A DNA stretch of 63,619 bases, counting the filler, from Collodictyon triciliatum (lineage: Eukaryota), in the NCBI GenBank assembly GCA_043381765.1. It is 6 parts of 6 records of this genome, joined end to end, with 100 filler letters (N's around TTAATTAATTAA, not from the genome) between each part and the next. Parts side by side here need not be neighbours in the genome. Positions count along the whole stretch, not along the records: positions 19,153 to 38,196 come from JBHJMP010001313.1; positions 38,297 to 57,321 come from JBHJMP010001314.1; 4 more parts are not named here. One strand, 5' to 3'. Position numbers and translations under genes: made by a program. The notes under the pieces are model-generated. The model was not told the origin of the DNA and did no database searches. It saw only the letters and a program-made list of their open reading frames with translations. Of the stretch, positions 31,800 through 52,679 are shown in pieces; the first letter of the stretch is position 1, and every line of letters starts with the position of its first letter.

Positions 31800-34411
31800 T
31801 CAAGCGCCCTGGGGCCCATCAGGCATAGGAGACAAGGGAAATGATTCTTCCATGGCCATGATTTCGTCCAAGTATGCGTTGATTGGAGTATCTGGTGGTG
31901 AAGCCTCGTCAATCTCCAGGTGAGGTGGATGTGTGCGTAGTTTCAACTCAGCAAAATCAACCGAGATTTTTTCATTCCCAATTGAATATTCATCAGGAAT
32001 ATCGTCATCTTTTAAAACTATTGATTCTCTTCCAATCCCTTCACCAGCAACTAGGTGCCCATCATTTTCCTGAAAAGCATGTGACCTATGGTTCTGCTCA
32101 GACTCATTTATTAAACTTGAGTTCTCGGCTGATTTCGTATATGCAGTTCTGGTTTGCTTTTGAGGGCTATTATGAGGGCTTTCTTCACTATCGTAAACAT
32201 CTGCCGAGTCATTTGCAAAATCTCTTGTAATTACACGGCCTGATAGCTTAGCGTTTAACCAATTATCTTGAAATTTTCCTGGCTCGCGAGTATCCCCAGG
32301 TGATAGCCGCTCTGTGAATTCGGTCGCTCTCGGCTGCTGTGTTTTTTCTTTACCTATAAAGATATATACCGTGTATACCATTTAATGAACGGCTTCATCG
32401 CATTTAACATATTACATGGAGTCTTTAGATCTTCACGTTTTCTTCATTTCCTGCTCTTCGCTTCTGGGACTAATATTAAAAAAAAAAAAAAAAAGGAATT
32501 CAAACATATTGCATACTCTATTTTAAACGAAATGATTAGAATTGAAGTACCTAGCTTTCTGGATTCCGTGGAGGATAACTCGTTCTCGTGGTATTCTTTA
32601 TCACTAATTACATTGGTGTGGTTGTGTGTTTTCATTATGGGGAGATGCGGCAATGAATTTGAGTTTTCGGAGTTGAAAGAGCGGCCAGATTTTGGTGAGT
32701 CTTCCTCAATTAATTCATGATTTTTATTCTGATTACTGAAGTCAAGTTTTGAGTAAGATCCAAATATCTGCAGATCTTTTCCTTCATTCACTTTTCTGGA
32801 TTGATTAAAGCGTTCAGATGCTGGTCTTGATTGAAGATTGACACTTTGCAGTTCTTTTTCATCTTCAGCTACTTTCGTGGATTGATTGGAACGTTCAGAC
32901 GCTGGTCTTGATTGAGCATCGACACTTTGCAGTTCTTTTCCATCTTCAGCTACTTTCGTGGATTGATTAGAACGTTGAGACGCCGGTCTTGATTGAGCAT
33001 CGACACTTTGCAGTTCTTTTCCTTCATTCACTTTTCTGGATTGATTAGAACGCTCAGACGCTGGTCTTGATTGAGCATCGACACTTTGCAGTTCTTTTCC
33101 ATCTCCAACTGCTTTTCTGGATTGATTAGAACGTTGAGACGCCGGTCTTGATTGAGCATCGACACTTTGCAGTTCTTTTTCATCTTCAGCTACTTTCGTG
33201 GATTGATAAGAACGCTCAGACGCTGGTCTTGATTGAGCATCGCCACTTTGCAGTTCTTTTCCATCTTCAGCTACTTTCGTGGATTGATTAGAACGTTGAG
33301 ACGCTGGTCTTGATTGAGCATCGCCACTTTGTAACTCATTTCCGTCCTCAATCACTTTTCTGGATTGATTGGAACGTTCAGACGCTGGTCTTAATTGAGC
33401 ATCGACACTTTGCAGTTCTTTTCCTTCATTCACTTTTCTGGATTGATTAGAGCGCTCAGACGCTGGTCTTGATTGAGCATCGACACTTTGCAGTTCTTTT
33501 CCTTTCATTACTTTCAAGCCATCCAAGGCAGAAATTTGAGACCTGGGCGTAGAGTCTTTTATAGTTTCCGGATTCAACATCGAAACAAGTTTGGTCGGGT
33601 CATGCTCTCTGCGAAGTGAAATAATTCCACCGTTTTCTTTATATTTTTTTGTATCTGCTGATCTCGAACTATTTTCCGATTCGAGTGAAGATTGCATTTC
33701 AGATTTTACTCGAATTCTTGCGCTTTCATGAGTATTGCCTAATATTTCTTTAGGGTCTTCGGCCTGAGCTGAATTCAACCTGTGACAGTAACTGAGAGAG
33801 GCACCATTGGGTCCCTCATGGGTTTCGGTGATAGAGTTCTCTAGCCTTTGAGTAGATTGTCTGATAGAATTTTGAGACACATATATCTGTGATGATTGCT
33901 CGCTACGAACATCAGAGATTGCCGAAGAATAAAACGAATTGGGAGAATGAACAACAGCTGCGGTATCCAAGGGATATTGCGGGGAAATATTGTGTAATGC
34001 AAGTCGAGGCACGATGGTTTGTTCCGTATTCTCAACATCATGCATATCGTCATTAGTTGCCTTTTTATCGACTCTAGAGGGTGTGTTGCTAGGTGGGTTT
34101 GATGATGGATGTGCATTGACTCTGTGAATCGCTGAGAATGCCGCCAGTGCACTTTCGATAGAAGGATATGCCACAGACACATCCATGAGAGTCATATCAC
34201 TGCTCCACGTGGTTTTCTTGGTTTGTTCGCTTGCTTGAACACGAGATTTCTCTTTAGCCGATGTGTTTGAAGTTGTAGGCTTGGGTCCGATTGGAGCGGT
34301 ATGAAACTGTCGACGGAATTCCTGGAACTTGGAGCGGGCATCGGACATGAGGACCTCTGCTCGGTCTGCTCGGGTCTGGATGGCATCGCGCAAGGGGCTA
34401 TGCGTGGACAT
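31800..34411 (-). CDS. Low-complexity protein of unknown function with internal 28-29-aa tandem repeats
   Basis: ORF 32444-34411 joined to ORF 31800-32381 by GT..AG intron 32354-32550 (RKLG|KEKTQQP); repeat unit KELQSVDAQSRPASERSNQSRKVNEG. Confidence 0.75.
32770..33510 (-). repeat. Coding minisatellite, 84/87-bp unit, about 8-9 copies
   Basis: Near-identical units ...GCTGGTCTTGATTGAGCATCGACACTTTGCAGTTCTTTT... on the plus strand. Confidence 0.9.
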
Positions 34412-35347
34412 TCCAGTGCGAATGATTTTCTAGTTTTCTTGATAGTATAAGATATCTGAAGTCTCGTTTGTTTTTTGTTTTTTTGTTTTTTGTTTGTTTG
34501 TTTGTTTGTTTGTTTGTTTGTTTGTTTGTTTGTTTGTTTGTTTGTTTGTTTGTTTGTTTGTTTGTTTGTTTGTTTGNNNNNNNNNNNNNNNNNNNNNNNN
34601 NNNNNNNNNNNNNNNNNNNNNNNNNNNNNNNNNNNNNNNNNNNNNNNNNNNNNNNNNNNNNNNNNNNNNNNNNNNNNNNNNNNNNNNNNNNNNNNNNNNN
34701 NNNNNNNNNNNNNNNNNNNNNNNNNNNNNNNNNNNNNNNNNNNNNNNNNNNNNNNNNNNNNNNNNNNNNNNNNNNNNNNNNNNNNNNNNNNNNNNNNNNN
34801 NNNNNNNNNNNNNNNNNNNNNNNNNNNNNNNNNNNNNNNNNNNNNNNNNNNNNNNNNNNNNNNNNNNNNNNNNNNNNNNNNNNNNNNNNNNNNNNNNNNN
34901 NNNNNNNNNNNNNNNNNNNNNNNNNNNNNNNNNNNNNNNNNNNNNNNNNNNNNNNNNNNNNNNNNNNNNNNNNNNNNNNNNNNNNNNNNNNNNNNNNNNN
35001 NNNNNNNNNNNNNNNNNNNNNNNNNNNNNNNNNNNNNTTTTTGTTTTTTGTTTTTTGTTTTTTGTTTTTTGTTTTTTGTTTTTTGTTTTTTGTTTTTTGT
35101 TTTTTGTTTTTAATTATGGTGAATCGGCAATAGAAATATGATTCGCAACCACTTCAGACAGATGTGGAAAATATAATTTCCTGAAATCTCGGCAGCCGAG
35201 GCAACTCTACAGAAATAATCTCGACACAACAATCAAAAAGCCGGTTGGAAGCGCCACAGACGCGGCTTCACTGCTTTCCCACAGAGAAAAGAAGGAGTCG
35301 ACTTTTTTTCATTGACACTGCACCATTCAAGAGGAGGCCAGTAGGCT

Positions 35348-37600
35348 ATGGCTAATCGAACGGATCCGTCTGCAAAAACTGTGCACGGCACAAATCCACA
35401 GAACTTAGTGGAGAAGATTTTGAGGAGCCGAATCTACGGATCGCGCTACTGGAAAGAACACTGCTTCGCCCTCACAGGTGATCCAAGTCCCTTAGAACCT
35501 GTCTTTTAGCAATACTATGTGTATTTATTCACCCTTCAATTGGATAGAAATATGCGAAAAGTAAAATAAAATTGACTAGTCTTCACTTGTATTGCTGTTA
35601 CATTTGTGATCATGTCCATTTTCACTCCATTTTCACTCTATTTCCACTCTATTTTCACTCTATTTTCATTCTGATTACATTCTGCAATAGCGGAGACATT
35701 GGTTGATAAGGCTGTGGAGTTGCGTGCTGTTGGTGGCTCGTTTGGTGGCACACAACAACCCACAAAATTTATTTGTCTGATTCTGAAGCTTCTTCAGCTG
35801 CAGCCTGATAAAGAGATTATCATTGAGTTTATTCGTAATGAGGACTACAAGTGACTCTTCATACCGATTGTCTTGTCCCCCTTTTTTTTTTGTAGTTAGT
35901 TTGAAGGCACTCGTACAAAGTTTTGACTAAAATCTACATAGGTACGTTCGCGCTTTGGGAGTGTTCTACATGCGCTTAGTAGGAAGGGCCCAGGATGTCT
36001 ATCAGTATCTGGAGCCATACTACAGTGATTATCGCAAGCTTTGCTATCGAGAGGCCCAAGGCATGACTTGGCATTTGAATGTTTTCTCATTTTCTTTTCT
36101 TTCTTTTCTTTCTTTTCTTTCTTTTCTTTCTTTTCTTTCTTTTCTTTCTTTTCTTTCTTTTCTTTCTTTTCTTTCTTTTCTTTCTTTTCTTTCTTTACTC
36201 TGTACCTGAGGTGATGAAAGACAAAGGAACACGATTATTTCAATAGGTTTCAAACTCGTACACATGGATGAATTCATCGAGAAACTCCTTAAGGAAGAAA
36301 TGGTGTGTGATATAATCCTCCCCAGAATTTCAAGCCGTTCCCTGCTTCAGACTCAAGGTCTCCTTGAAAATCGCGTTAGTTTGCTTGATAGCGACCTCGA
36401 TAATGACTTAGAGGAGAGTGAAAGTGAAAGCAGCTCTGAAGAAGAGAGACCCAGATCTCGCCATGTATGCATTTCATCTTTGGCAACTCTACAGAATTCT
36501 ATCCATCATTTTTCTTTCAGGATTTGCATCTTTCCTTCTACTTTCTTCTTTTTATGAGATCATATTTCCTTCCACCAAACATGGGAAATGGTTCGCAATG
36601 GCTCATGCTGAAAATTTTATACTGAGATGTTAATCAACTCGAAGTAGATTTCATCTTGCTTCCAGATTACAATTGAAAAAATCCTAATATAATGTTTGTC
36701 TAATAGGAACGCAGTAGCCGCGATGCTGAATCCAGTCAAAAAGGTATTTAGTTCATCAATGTAGAACATGTTTTTCCCTTGACATAATTTATGATTTTGC
36801 CAGTATTTCCTCTGTGCGACACGCCGGAAGAAGACTCGACAATGTTTTACTTTGTGTGAAGAAGAGAGGCCGAGCCTGTCCATCTTTTACTATACTCATG
36901 TTTGCTACATTTTAGAAAAAGAAAAAGACCGAGATAGGGCCAAGGACAGAGACAGAGAAAAAGAAAGAGACAGAGACAGAGACAGAGACAGAGACAGAGA
37001 TATAGATAGGGATAGGGGTAGAGATAGAGGTAGAGATAGAGGTAGAGAAAGGGACAGAGAAAGGGACAGAGAAAGGGACAGAGAAAAGGATAGAGAAAGG
37101 GACAGAGAAAGGGAAAGAGAAAGGGACAGAGAAAAGGATAGAGAAAGGGATAGAGAAAAGGATAGAGAAAGGGATAGGGACAGGGAAAGAGAAAGAGGCA
37201 GAGATAAGGATAGGGAAAGAGAAAAAGATAAGGATAGAGGCAGAGATAAGGACAGGGAAAAAGAAAAAGATAAGGATAGAGGCAGAGATAAGGACAGAGA
37301 CAGAGAAAAAGACCGCGGAAGCAAAGGAAAAGAAGACAAAGGTAACCATAGAGCATGTCATCATTTTTTGCCATCATTTTTTTTATTATCTTCCTTTCTT
37401 TCGTAGCACGTCATGCGATGAGCCCTCTCTGTTGGCATACTTTTGTTTTTATATAATTATAATTATGAATATTGGATAAATGATTGTGCAAAGGAAAATC
37501 AAAGGCTGCGGCTGACTCCGGAAAGTCCAAAGATGAGCTTGAAATCGAAGAGGCCAACAAGCTTCGTGCGTCTCTGGGACTCAAACCCCTTCGTGCATGA
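35348..37600 (+). CDS. PRP38: Pre-mRNA splicing factor PRP38 (PRPF38A-type) with RD/RE-rich tail and C-terminal HIND motif
   Basis: [51 protein letters not shown]...[12 protein letters not shown]...[12 protein letters not shown]...[10 protein letters not shown]; 7 exons; ends [19 protein letters not shown]. Confidence 0.95.
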
Positions 37601-38093
37601 ACAGAGCACAGGACTGCAGAGGAAGCGGCAGGAACCATCATTGCTCTTTGTGCCGCGCTTTGCGCACGAAAAGGAGACTCCGTTCAGGAAACACAAGACA
37701 ATATAACAAACACGTTTAATAAAGACACTTGCAGGCGAACATTATACATACATATATATGTGAGTGAGTGAGTGAGTGAGTGAGAGTGGCAGCATTAATG
37801 TTTGTATGTGCTTTGCTGCTTCTTTGTTGTTTCTTGTCTGTGCGTTTGTTGCTGGGTTGCTTCTGTTGAAAGGTTGGAGCTGTGTTTCTGAGTTGCGGCT
37901 GCGACTAACGCGGGTCAACAGAGTGTGTGTGTGCGTTCGTTGGGCTATGGACGATGGTACTCATGCGTCTCTTGGGGGTGGAGATCAAACAGTCACATAT
38001 AGTCTCACTGGAGGTCTGGAAGGCTTGTGCAACTTTCAGGTAACTTCCACTATCTACTTTTTCTTCTTGTTTTTTATGCGTTCTTTTGTTCTC

Positions 38094-38196
<103 letters not shown>

Positions 38197-39485
38197 NNNN
38201 NNNNNNNNNNNNNNNNNNNNNNNNNNNNNNNNNNNNNNNNTTAATTAATTAANNNNNNNNNNNNNNNNNNNNNNNNNNNNNNNNNNNNNNNNNNNNTTTA
38301 TTGTCTTTTTTTTATTGTCTTTTTTTTATTGTCTTTTTTTATTGTCTTTTTTTATTGTCTTTTTTTATTGTCTTTTTTATTGTCTTTTTTTATGTAGGTG
38401 GACTGAGAACACACACGGCATTCACGCAAGGCGCTGATGGAGGGATCTGCAGAAGCGGAGGAAAAGACAAAGACTAATCCCGGAGGGGAATTCCTAAATG
38501 AACAATTTCTGTTGTGACCAAAGGTGGACGAAGATTCAATGAAAATAATAAATGTGGATTATATATGTAATGTTCATATATGTAATATATAGTTATGAAA
38601 TTTATTATTTAAAACTATATCATTAATAAAATAATGATGTGAAAATGACAAGTACTTCGAAAGATTTCATTATAATATCTGTGGAAATTATAGTAAATTA
38701 ACTTTTCTAATCATTAATATGATTTTTTACTGCTGTTATATGCATATTCAAATTATGTAGGAAATTAATATGTACTGAGAATATGTATAGTTCTGTGGCG
38801 AAATGTAATTTTTGTGTCCAGCTCTCGCAGCCCAAAGTATCATAATTTCTGAACTTCGTGGGAGACGCAACAAACAAACGCAATTTTCCTCGCCAGCCGC
38901 AACTTGCCCAAGGAGCGTCATTTCCTTATTGGCAGTTCGTGCACAACCCATTCCAAAACTGGATTCGTGAATAAGAATTCAAACATTTGAAACATGCACG
39001 CAGCATTTGAAAATGAAACAAGCAAAGACAAGCACAACCCGAAGGAATCGAAGAATCGTTATTTCCGCGCTGGTTTGTTATTGATTAATACGCCCAAATG
39101 GGGTGTCGAAAGCGAACGTGTGGAACAGATCGAAATTGCCGAAAATCGCCACAACCAGACACAGGCACAGACACAACAAAGAAAAGCATTGGGTGCTCCC
39201 GTGTATAAAGCAACTGGCCACGAAAAATCGATTCAAGAAAGCCAGCCAAGGAATTGTTACCAGGGCTGAGAATTGCCGTGCCGAGTCCAAACAATTCAAT
39301 AGAAGAAATGTACAGCACAAAGCAAAACGTGAATTAGTCATCCCCGTTCGCTGGAGATGGGTCTTGTCACTTCAGGGCATTCACGCATACCTACCACTTT
39401 GTTCGCTGCACACTTTGTGTGCTTTCTTCCCAAGCCTCCCTTTGAACTGCATCGCTTGGGGATCATTTTTATGTGGCATAACTTT

Positions 39486-39704
39486 GACTTTTTCCCGCGA
39501 CTTTTTCCCGCGACTTTTCCTCACGACTTTTCCTCACGACTTTTCCTCACGACTTTTCCTCACGACTTTTCCTCACGACTTTTCCTCACGACTTTTCCTC
39601 ACGACTTTTCCCCGCAACTTTTCCTCACGACTTTTCCTCACGACTTTTCCTCACGACTTTTCCTCACGACTTTTCCCCGCGACTTTTCCTCACGACTTTT
39701 CCGC
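39486..39704. repeat. 13-bp minisatellite (GACTTTTCCTCAC)n, about 17 copies, immediately upstream of the GMD start
   Basis: Directly visible; variant units GACTTTT(T/C)CCCGC; ends ~30 bp before ATG 39735. Confidence 0.95.
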
Positions 39705-39734
39705 TGTAGTGTCACCTTGCAAGTCACCATAAAT

Positions 39735-42344
<2,610 letters not shown>

Positions 42345-42620
42345 GCGCACAAGTAAACAAAGCTTTTTGTTCATTTCCCCACTACCGGCCAATCGAACCA
42401 CAAGCGGCCCGTTATTGCGGATGAACAGGAAAACACGAGTCAATAATAATCACTGTGGGCGGCGATTCCACCAGTTTATTATCATTTTTTTTTAATAAAA
42501 GAAGAAAAAGAGGAAAAGAAATGACAATTCTTAGCGTGTGGAGTTTCGTGTATCCGAGTGGAGAGTGAGAGAGCAGAAGGAGGAGGGTGACTCGTATAGT
42601 AGGAAAGGAGGAGACACGCG

Positions 42621-47685
<5,065 letters not shown>

Positions 47686-47997
47686 CGGCTACGAGATTTG
47701 TTTTACACCGAGTATTAGTCAAGACCGACGGGCCGCCTGAGAAGCACAAAGCTTTGCAAAAGCGTGCGCAAGTTAGCCGATCTTTGCTACCGACTCTGAA
47801 AACTACATACAAACACCTAAACGCTATTGTCTATTTTATTCCTAGTCTGTTTAAATAATTAAAGTGCTTTTGTTTAAACCCTTATTTTACTTATTATTCG
47901 TTTCTTTCTCCACTTTATTTTTATCTTTATCTTTCCTTTTACTTTTCATTTTCTCTCCCCTGTTCTCACGCCGCACTGACACGTAAGTTATCATAAT

Positions 47998-50900
47998 TCA
48001 CTGCGTTGGCTCGTGTTGCTGGTGATGATGGCGGTGATTATGATGGTGGTTGGCCTCAGTGTGCCCCTCCATAAGTTGTCGCGCTTCTTGTCTGGGTACA
48101 TCGTGGGCATTTACGGGCGGAAGCAGAATACTTTGCGCGCTCTGGTTCTGCTCTTTGCCAGCAGAGACATCTTTTTGTAACGTATCGATTGTTCTTTGCA
48201 TGCTGCTCATGGTTTCCTGCAGGGTTTGAATCCCAGCCAAGATTCTATGTGTGCACGACTCCATGAAACCAGCCAACTCGTCGGTGGTTAAGGCACGGCC
48301 CCGCATGTTTCCTCGGATTGGATTCTTGGGGATGTCTTGGATTGAGTTTCCTTGACCCTGGCGCAAAGCGATACTAGGAGTCGCAGGTATTGTGGAGTGT
48401 TGTATCTGCAATCGTTGTGTCGGTTGTGGTTGGAACCCTTGTCCAGGGTTTTGATACTGGTAAAAGTTGATACTCTTGGGCCGATTGCGTTGCGGGTAGG
48501 AGAACACGCTTGGATGAGCAAGAGAGGCTGATTCCCCATTATCATAAGCAGTATCCACTTTGGTGTTTGTTTTATCTGCTGCTTTGGATTTCGTGTTATG
48601 GAGAGTTGGTGGAGAATGGGATGGAAATGTTCGCCCGGGCTTTGAGGTTTGAGTTCGTGGTTTTTCAATAGCTATTGGGCCATCTCCTTTGTTATCTTCT
48701 CTTCTCTTTCTGTCGTGATTAGTATCTACTTCGTTTGTGGATTCTTCTGGCTGATTGCAAATGGATTCGGAGATGCCATCTAAACCATTGATGGCGTTGA
48801 TTGGTCCATGGCTGGTTGAAGTGTCTCCAAATAACATTTGTGGTGTTCTTAAAGAGTTGCCATCAACTTCGTTTGAGGCGTTCAGTCGGATGCGTTTAGA
48901 CTCTGTTTGATAGTTACATAAGTGTTTTGCATATACATAGCAGTAATTATAATCTTATGTCGCTTCAATCATACATAACATAATATCGATGATTCATTGC
49001 GATATGCGAGGAAAATGAATTCCAAGTCATGCTAATTTTTTTTAAAAGTTCACATTTTAAGAAGAAAAAGAGAGAAATGAAAAGAAAGGATTAAACGAAT
49101 ATCAATAAAGTAGTCCAATATAAACAAATACCGTTTGAGTATTGGTTCACAACTGATTCGACCGCACTTTCATCAAGACCTTCGTGCTCGTCCTCTGCAC
49201 TCATGTTCTCATGCATTTCCGGAATGTCACCTTGAAAATTATGGTTTTCCATTGCATTATTGATGTACCCCAATAGTCTATCAGGTAGCGATTGGAGAGG
49301 GATATATCCAAATGTGACTCTGAATAGCAGGTATGCATCTGAGTTTTGCATCGCAAATTTTTCGGCGTCTTCTGGACACTATTGTATGTATATATCAGCT
49401 CATCATATCCGGTTGCATATTTATTTCCAAAATTAAGGGAAAATATATTTGAATGACAATTCCACAAAGTCTTTAGGGAAACCTCAGCTATATAAACAAA
49501 TGGCTATAATGCATATGAAGCACAACAAAAAAAAAACCAATATATTTTATTTTGTATGTGGGTGCTTTGTAAAGAGGCACTTACAGACATGCATGTGACT
49601 ACATTTTTTATCTTTCTGTAGACCTGATGGAAATCGTGCTGGCAACCCAAATTGACCATGTGCGAGAATATGTATCTTGTCAAGCTCAATGGCCGAAAAG
49701 CAAATTTGCGATAGATGCAACATAGAACTGCCAAATCGAAAACTTGGTCTGTCGCCCAGTTGGGACCTCTTGCTCGCTTCAAGGAAGGCGGAGCCACAAC
49801 ATCGGTCACTCCAAGATTCCGGTCCAAATTGGAGAGGATTTGATTGCTATCTAGTGGGTACATACATTCATGCTTGTTTGAGAATCTTTTTGAAGTGCAA
49901 TGATAATAGGAGAAAATTCCATTCTAAAAATAATAATTGGTTGGTATACTTTATGTCGGCAAAACAGGGTTCTAATCTATAGTACCGTAATGCTGTGGTG
50001 CTGTCCTAGCCGTAGAATATTGCAGGATGTTGCCAGAGTCTGTTGATGAATTCATAATTGATTTATCCATTTTAAATTCATATATAGTCGCGATAAGGAA
50101 ATAGCCAAAGCGATCAACAAATAATAAATCATATGATTACTATTTTAGACATGCGAAGAAAAGAGAACCTCCTGGGTGAATTATGGGTTGCTTCAAAGGA
50201 CACGAAGAGCGCATAACCCCGGGTTTATATTTATTTTCAAGATCCTTTTCTACTTTACCAACTACCTGTCGAATAGGAGAGATAGGCGGAGAGTGCGCAA
50301 TCGTAAATCGCTGATCCGCTTGGGGCATGTGGCTGTCTTCTGGGATGTATCCCCCGAGTTGATGTGATAGCGCATGTAATTGATTCTTTGACATGTCGGG
50401 CTGTTGTATCATAGTTTCATATATACGAGGGTACGGTTGGTGGGTGAGGTGAGATTGATTTGTGTGCTGCATATGATGAATGTGTTGGCTTTGGTGTATT
50501 TGGTGGGAATTTTGATGCTGGTGGGGTCTTTTGGAATGACCCACGGATACTCGTTCAGTTGTTCGATTCGTTGTGGGTTCAACATCACCTAAGTTGGATT
50601 TATATATTCACTTTATTGTTTACCTGCCGGAATGGTTGCCCCAGATACTCACATGATTAGTTAATGAGAACGAAACCATATTGCATCATTTATATCAGTG
50701 CGCAAGACAAAGAAGTGGTTTATAAACCAATCATAAGCATAGGCGGAAGGAAAAAAGGAAGGAGGAGAGAGGCATGTGCTACATGCCAAGTGATGCGAAA
50801 GAAAAATGTAGAAGTGTTCAAGGAGATCGCATACCTGTCAAAGGTGATGATTCACTCGGAGGTTGAGACAAGTTCGATCTCAGGGAGGACATGATATCCA

Positions 50901-51126
50901 CTTGATTTTCTTTCTGACTCTGTGGCTCTGCTTGGGCCTTTCTCTGACCAACAACCTCGTCTTGCAGCCTTCCCATTCCCGGAAAGGCTGCTGGGTTCAT
51001 CTCTCCTGGATGCCTTGGTGTATCATGAGGCAACATGTTCATCGCAAGACTACCTGATCGACTATCATTCTCTTGAATCCGCGCACTCCGCAGCTCTTGA
51101 CCCGGTGGGCGGTTACCAGCCTCCAT
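47998..51126 (-). CDS. Myb/SANT-like (trihelix-type) putative DNA-binding protein, multi-exon
   Basis: Exon near 49590-49790 gives KRARGPNWATDQVFDL...IFSHMVNLGCQHDFHQVYRKIKNV, matching the R..NW...L...I...M...G.....Q...K.KN pattern; Q/H-rich flanks and a short C-terminal coiled coil. Exon boundaries only partly resolved. Confidence 0.6.
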
Positions 51127-51713
51127 GACCGATACTACAGGTATGTGACGAGATGTGACGAAAATGATGAAGAAAATAGAGATAGCAAGAAAATGTAGCC
51201 GAGCTAGCACTATCACAGTCATCTCGCCCTAAGTCGCAGGATTAGGAAGACCAAGGACATATCATCCCAATCTCTAAGGTTATACGCGCCTTTCTTTGCA
51301 TTAGAGCAACACCCATAAATAGGCACCCTCCGAAGCCGCAGCAGCCTCCGCCCTTTCTTCCCTCTGGCTAGCCAACTATTAAAACTAATCCGTGTTGTTT
51401 GCGGCTCCCAATCAGTCCAAAGTCTTTAGACTTACATGTTTAGACTTTGTCCTTTCGAGCCGGAGTGCGACCGCGCCTTGGCTGGCGTCTGAACACCCTT
51501 CTTTTCTTACACGCTTGCTGCTCAAGCTGTCACCCGGCCTCAGGCTTAGTCCTTAAGCTCAAAATCACCCGGCACCAACAACAGCCCGGGACTCTGGCTT
51601 TAGGCTTGCTGTGGTTGCTACATTTTGCTACAGTCGGCTATATTATTTGTGGAATTTATAGTATCGATGTCAATTGAAGATATTATATACTGAGTAAATA
51701 TATTATGCTGAGA

Positions 51714-51736
51714 TTTTTTTTCCTTTATTCGATTCA
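51714..51736 (-). mobile_element. Micro-insertion copy 3, intergenic
   Basis: TTTTTTTTCCTTTATTCGATTCA flanked by TATTATGCTGAGAT (51701-51714) / TATTATGCTGATAT (51739-51752), 13/14 identical. Confidence 0.8.
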
Positions 51737-52213
51737 TGTATTATGCTGATATTTAGATTGTTAATATAGCAGGGTTATGTACAATATGAAGCATTCTCTG
51801 TGTGATAGCCGAATTGGAAATCCGTTGCAACAGTGCCACACCCTCGGCTTCCTTCCACACAAATCACAAAGCGCTCGGGCCGCTGTCACAAGAGATCCGT
51901 GTGATGATCCGCAAAGGGTGGACTTTGGAGTCGACGCGGCTGTCGGAGTAACGGGGCCCTTCTCATTTCTCGTGGTAGGAAAGGATTTGGGTTGCCAAAC
52001 TGGTGTCATGAGGCCTACCTTTGTGTTCTTTGCATCTAGTCGCGAAAGCTTTTTGACCGGCTGCTAGCCGGGTGTATATGAATCAAAACGAAAGGGCCGC
52101 TGCTTAAACCCTCTCGGGGTGCGTCGCAATTGGCACTCAACCCCTCTTCTCCAACGAGGGTGTCTTTTTTTATGTTTCTGTTGTTGTTTTTGTAATTGTT
52201 TTTGTTTTTGTAT

Positions 52214-52276
<63 letters not shown>

Positions 52277-52679
52277 CATGGCACAATCTTTGAACAGCCT
52301 CCCACTTATTCATTATTTGCTTTCGATACTGCTATATCACTCAGGAACTTCCAGTATTTGATCTCCTAGAAAAGAAAGGCCTTCCATAAGTGAGACTTCG
52401 ATCATCCGAATCGCAAAGTCATACCCTAGCTGAGAGTTTGTCTTTGGTTTTGTTTTTATCTAATACTTTGACTTGGACTTTGTCTTTGTCTTTGTCTTTG
52501 TCTTTGTCTTTTTTCTTCTTGATACATAATAAAACCCACCAGAAAACAATTAAGGTTTCGGAAAATTACTATCTTTGGGTATTTTTCATAATGTTTGTCT
52601 ATGCTGCACAGTATTTTGTATAATTACTAGTATTTTATGCATTTTTAGTCTGCACAATCATAACCGTGAAACGCAGGTC

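Noticed and set aside
39486-39704. Regular repeat as a possible CRISPR array or telomere
   Set aside because: No unique spacers, no cas genes, eukaryotic context, and it lies internally next to a housekeeping gene.
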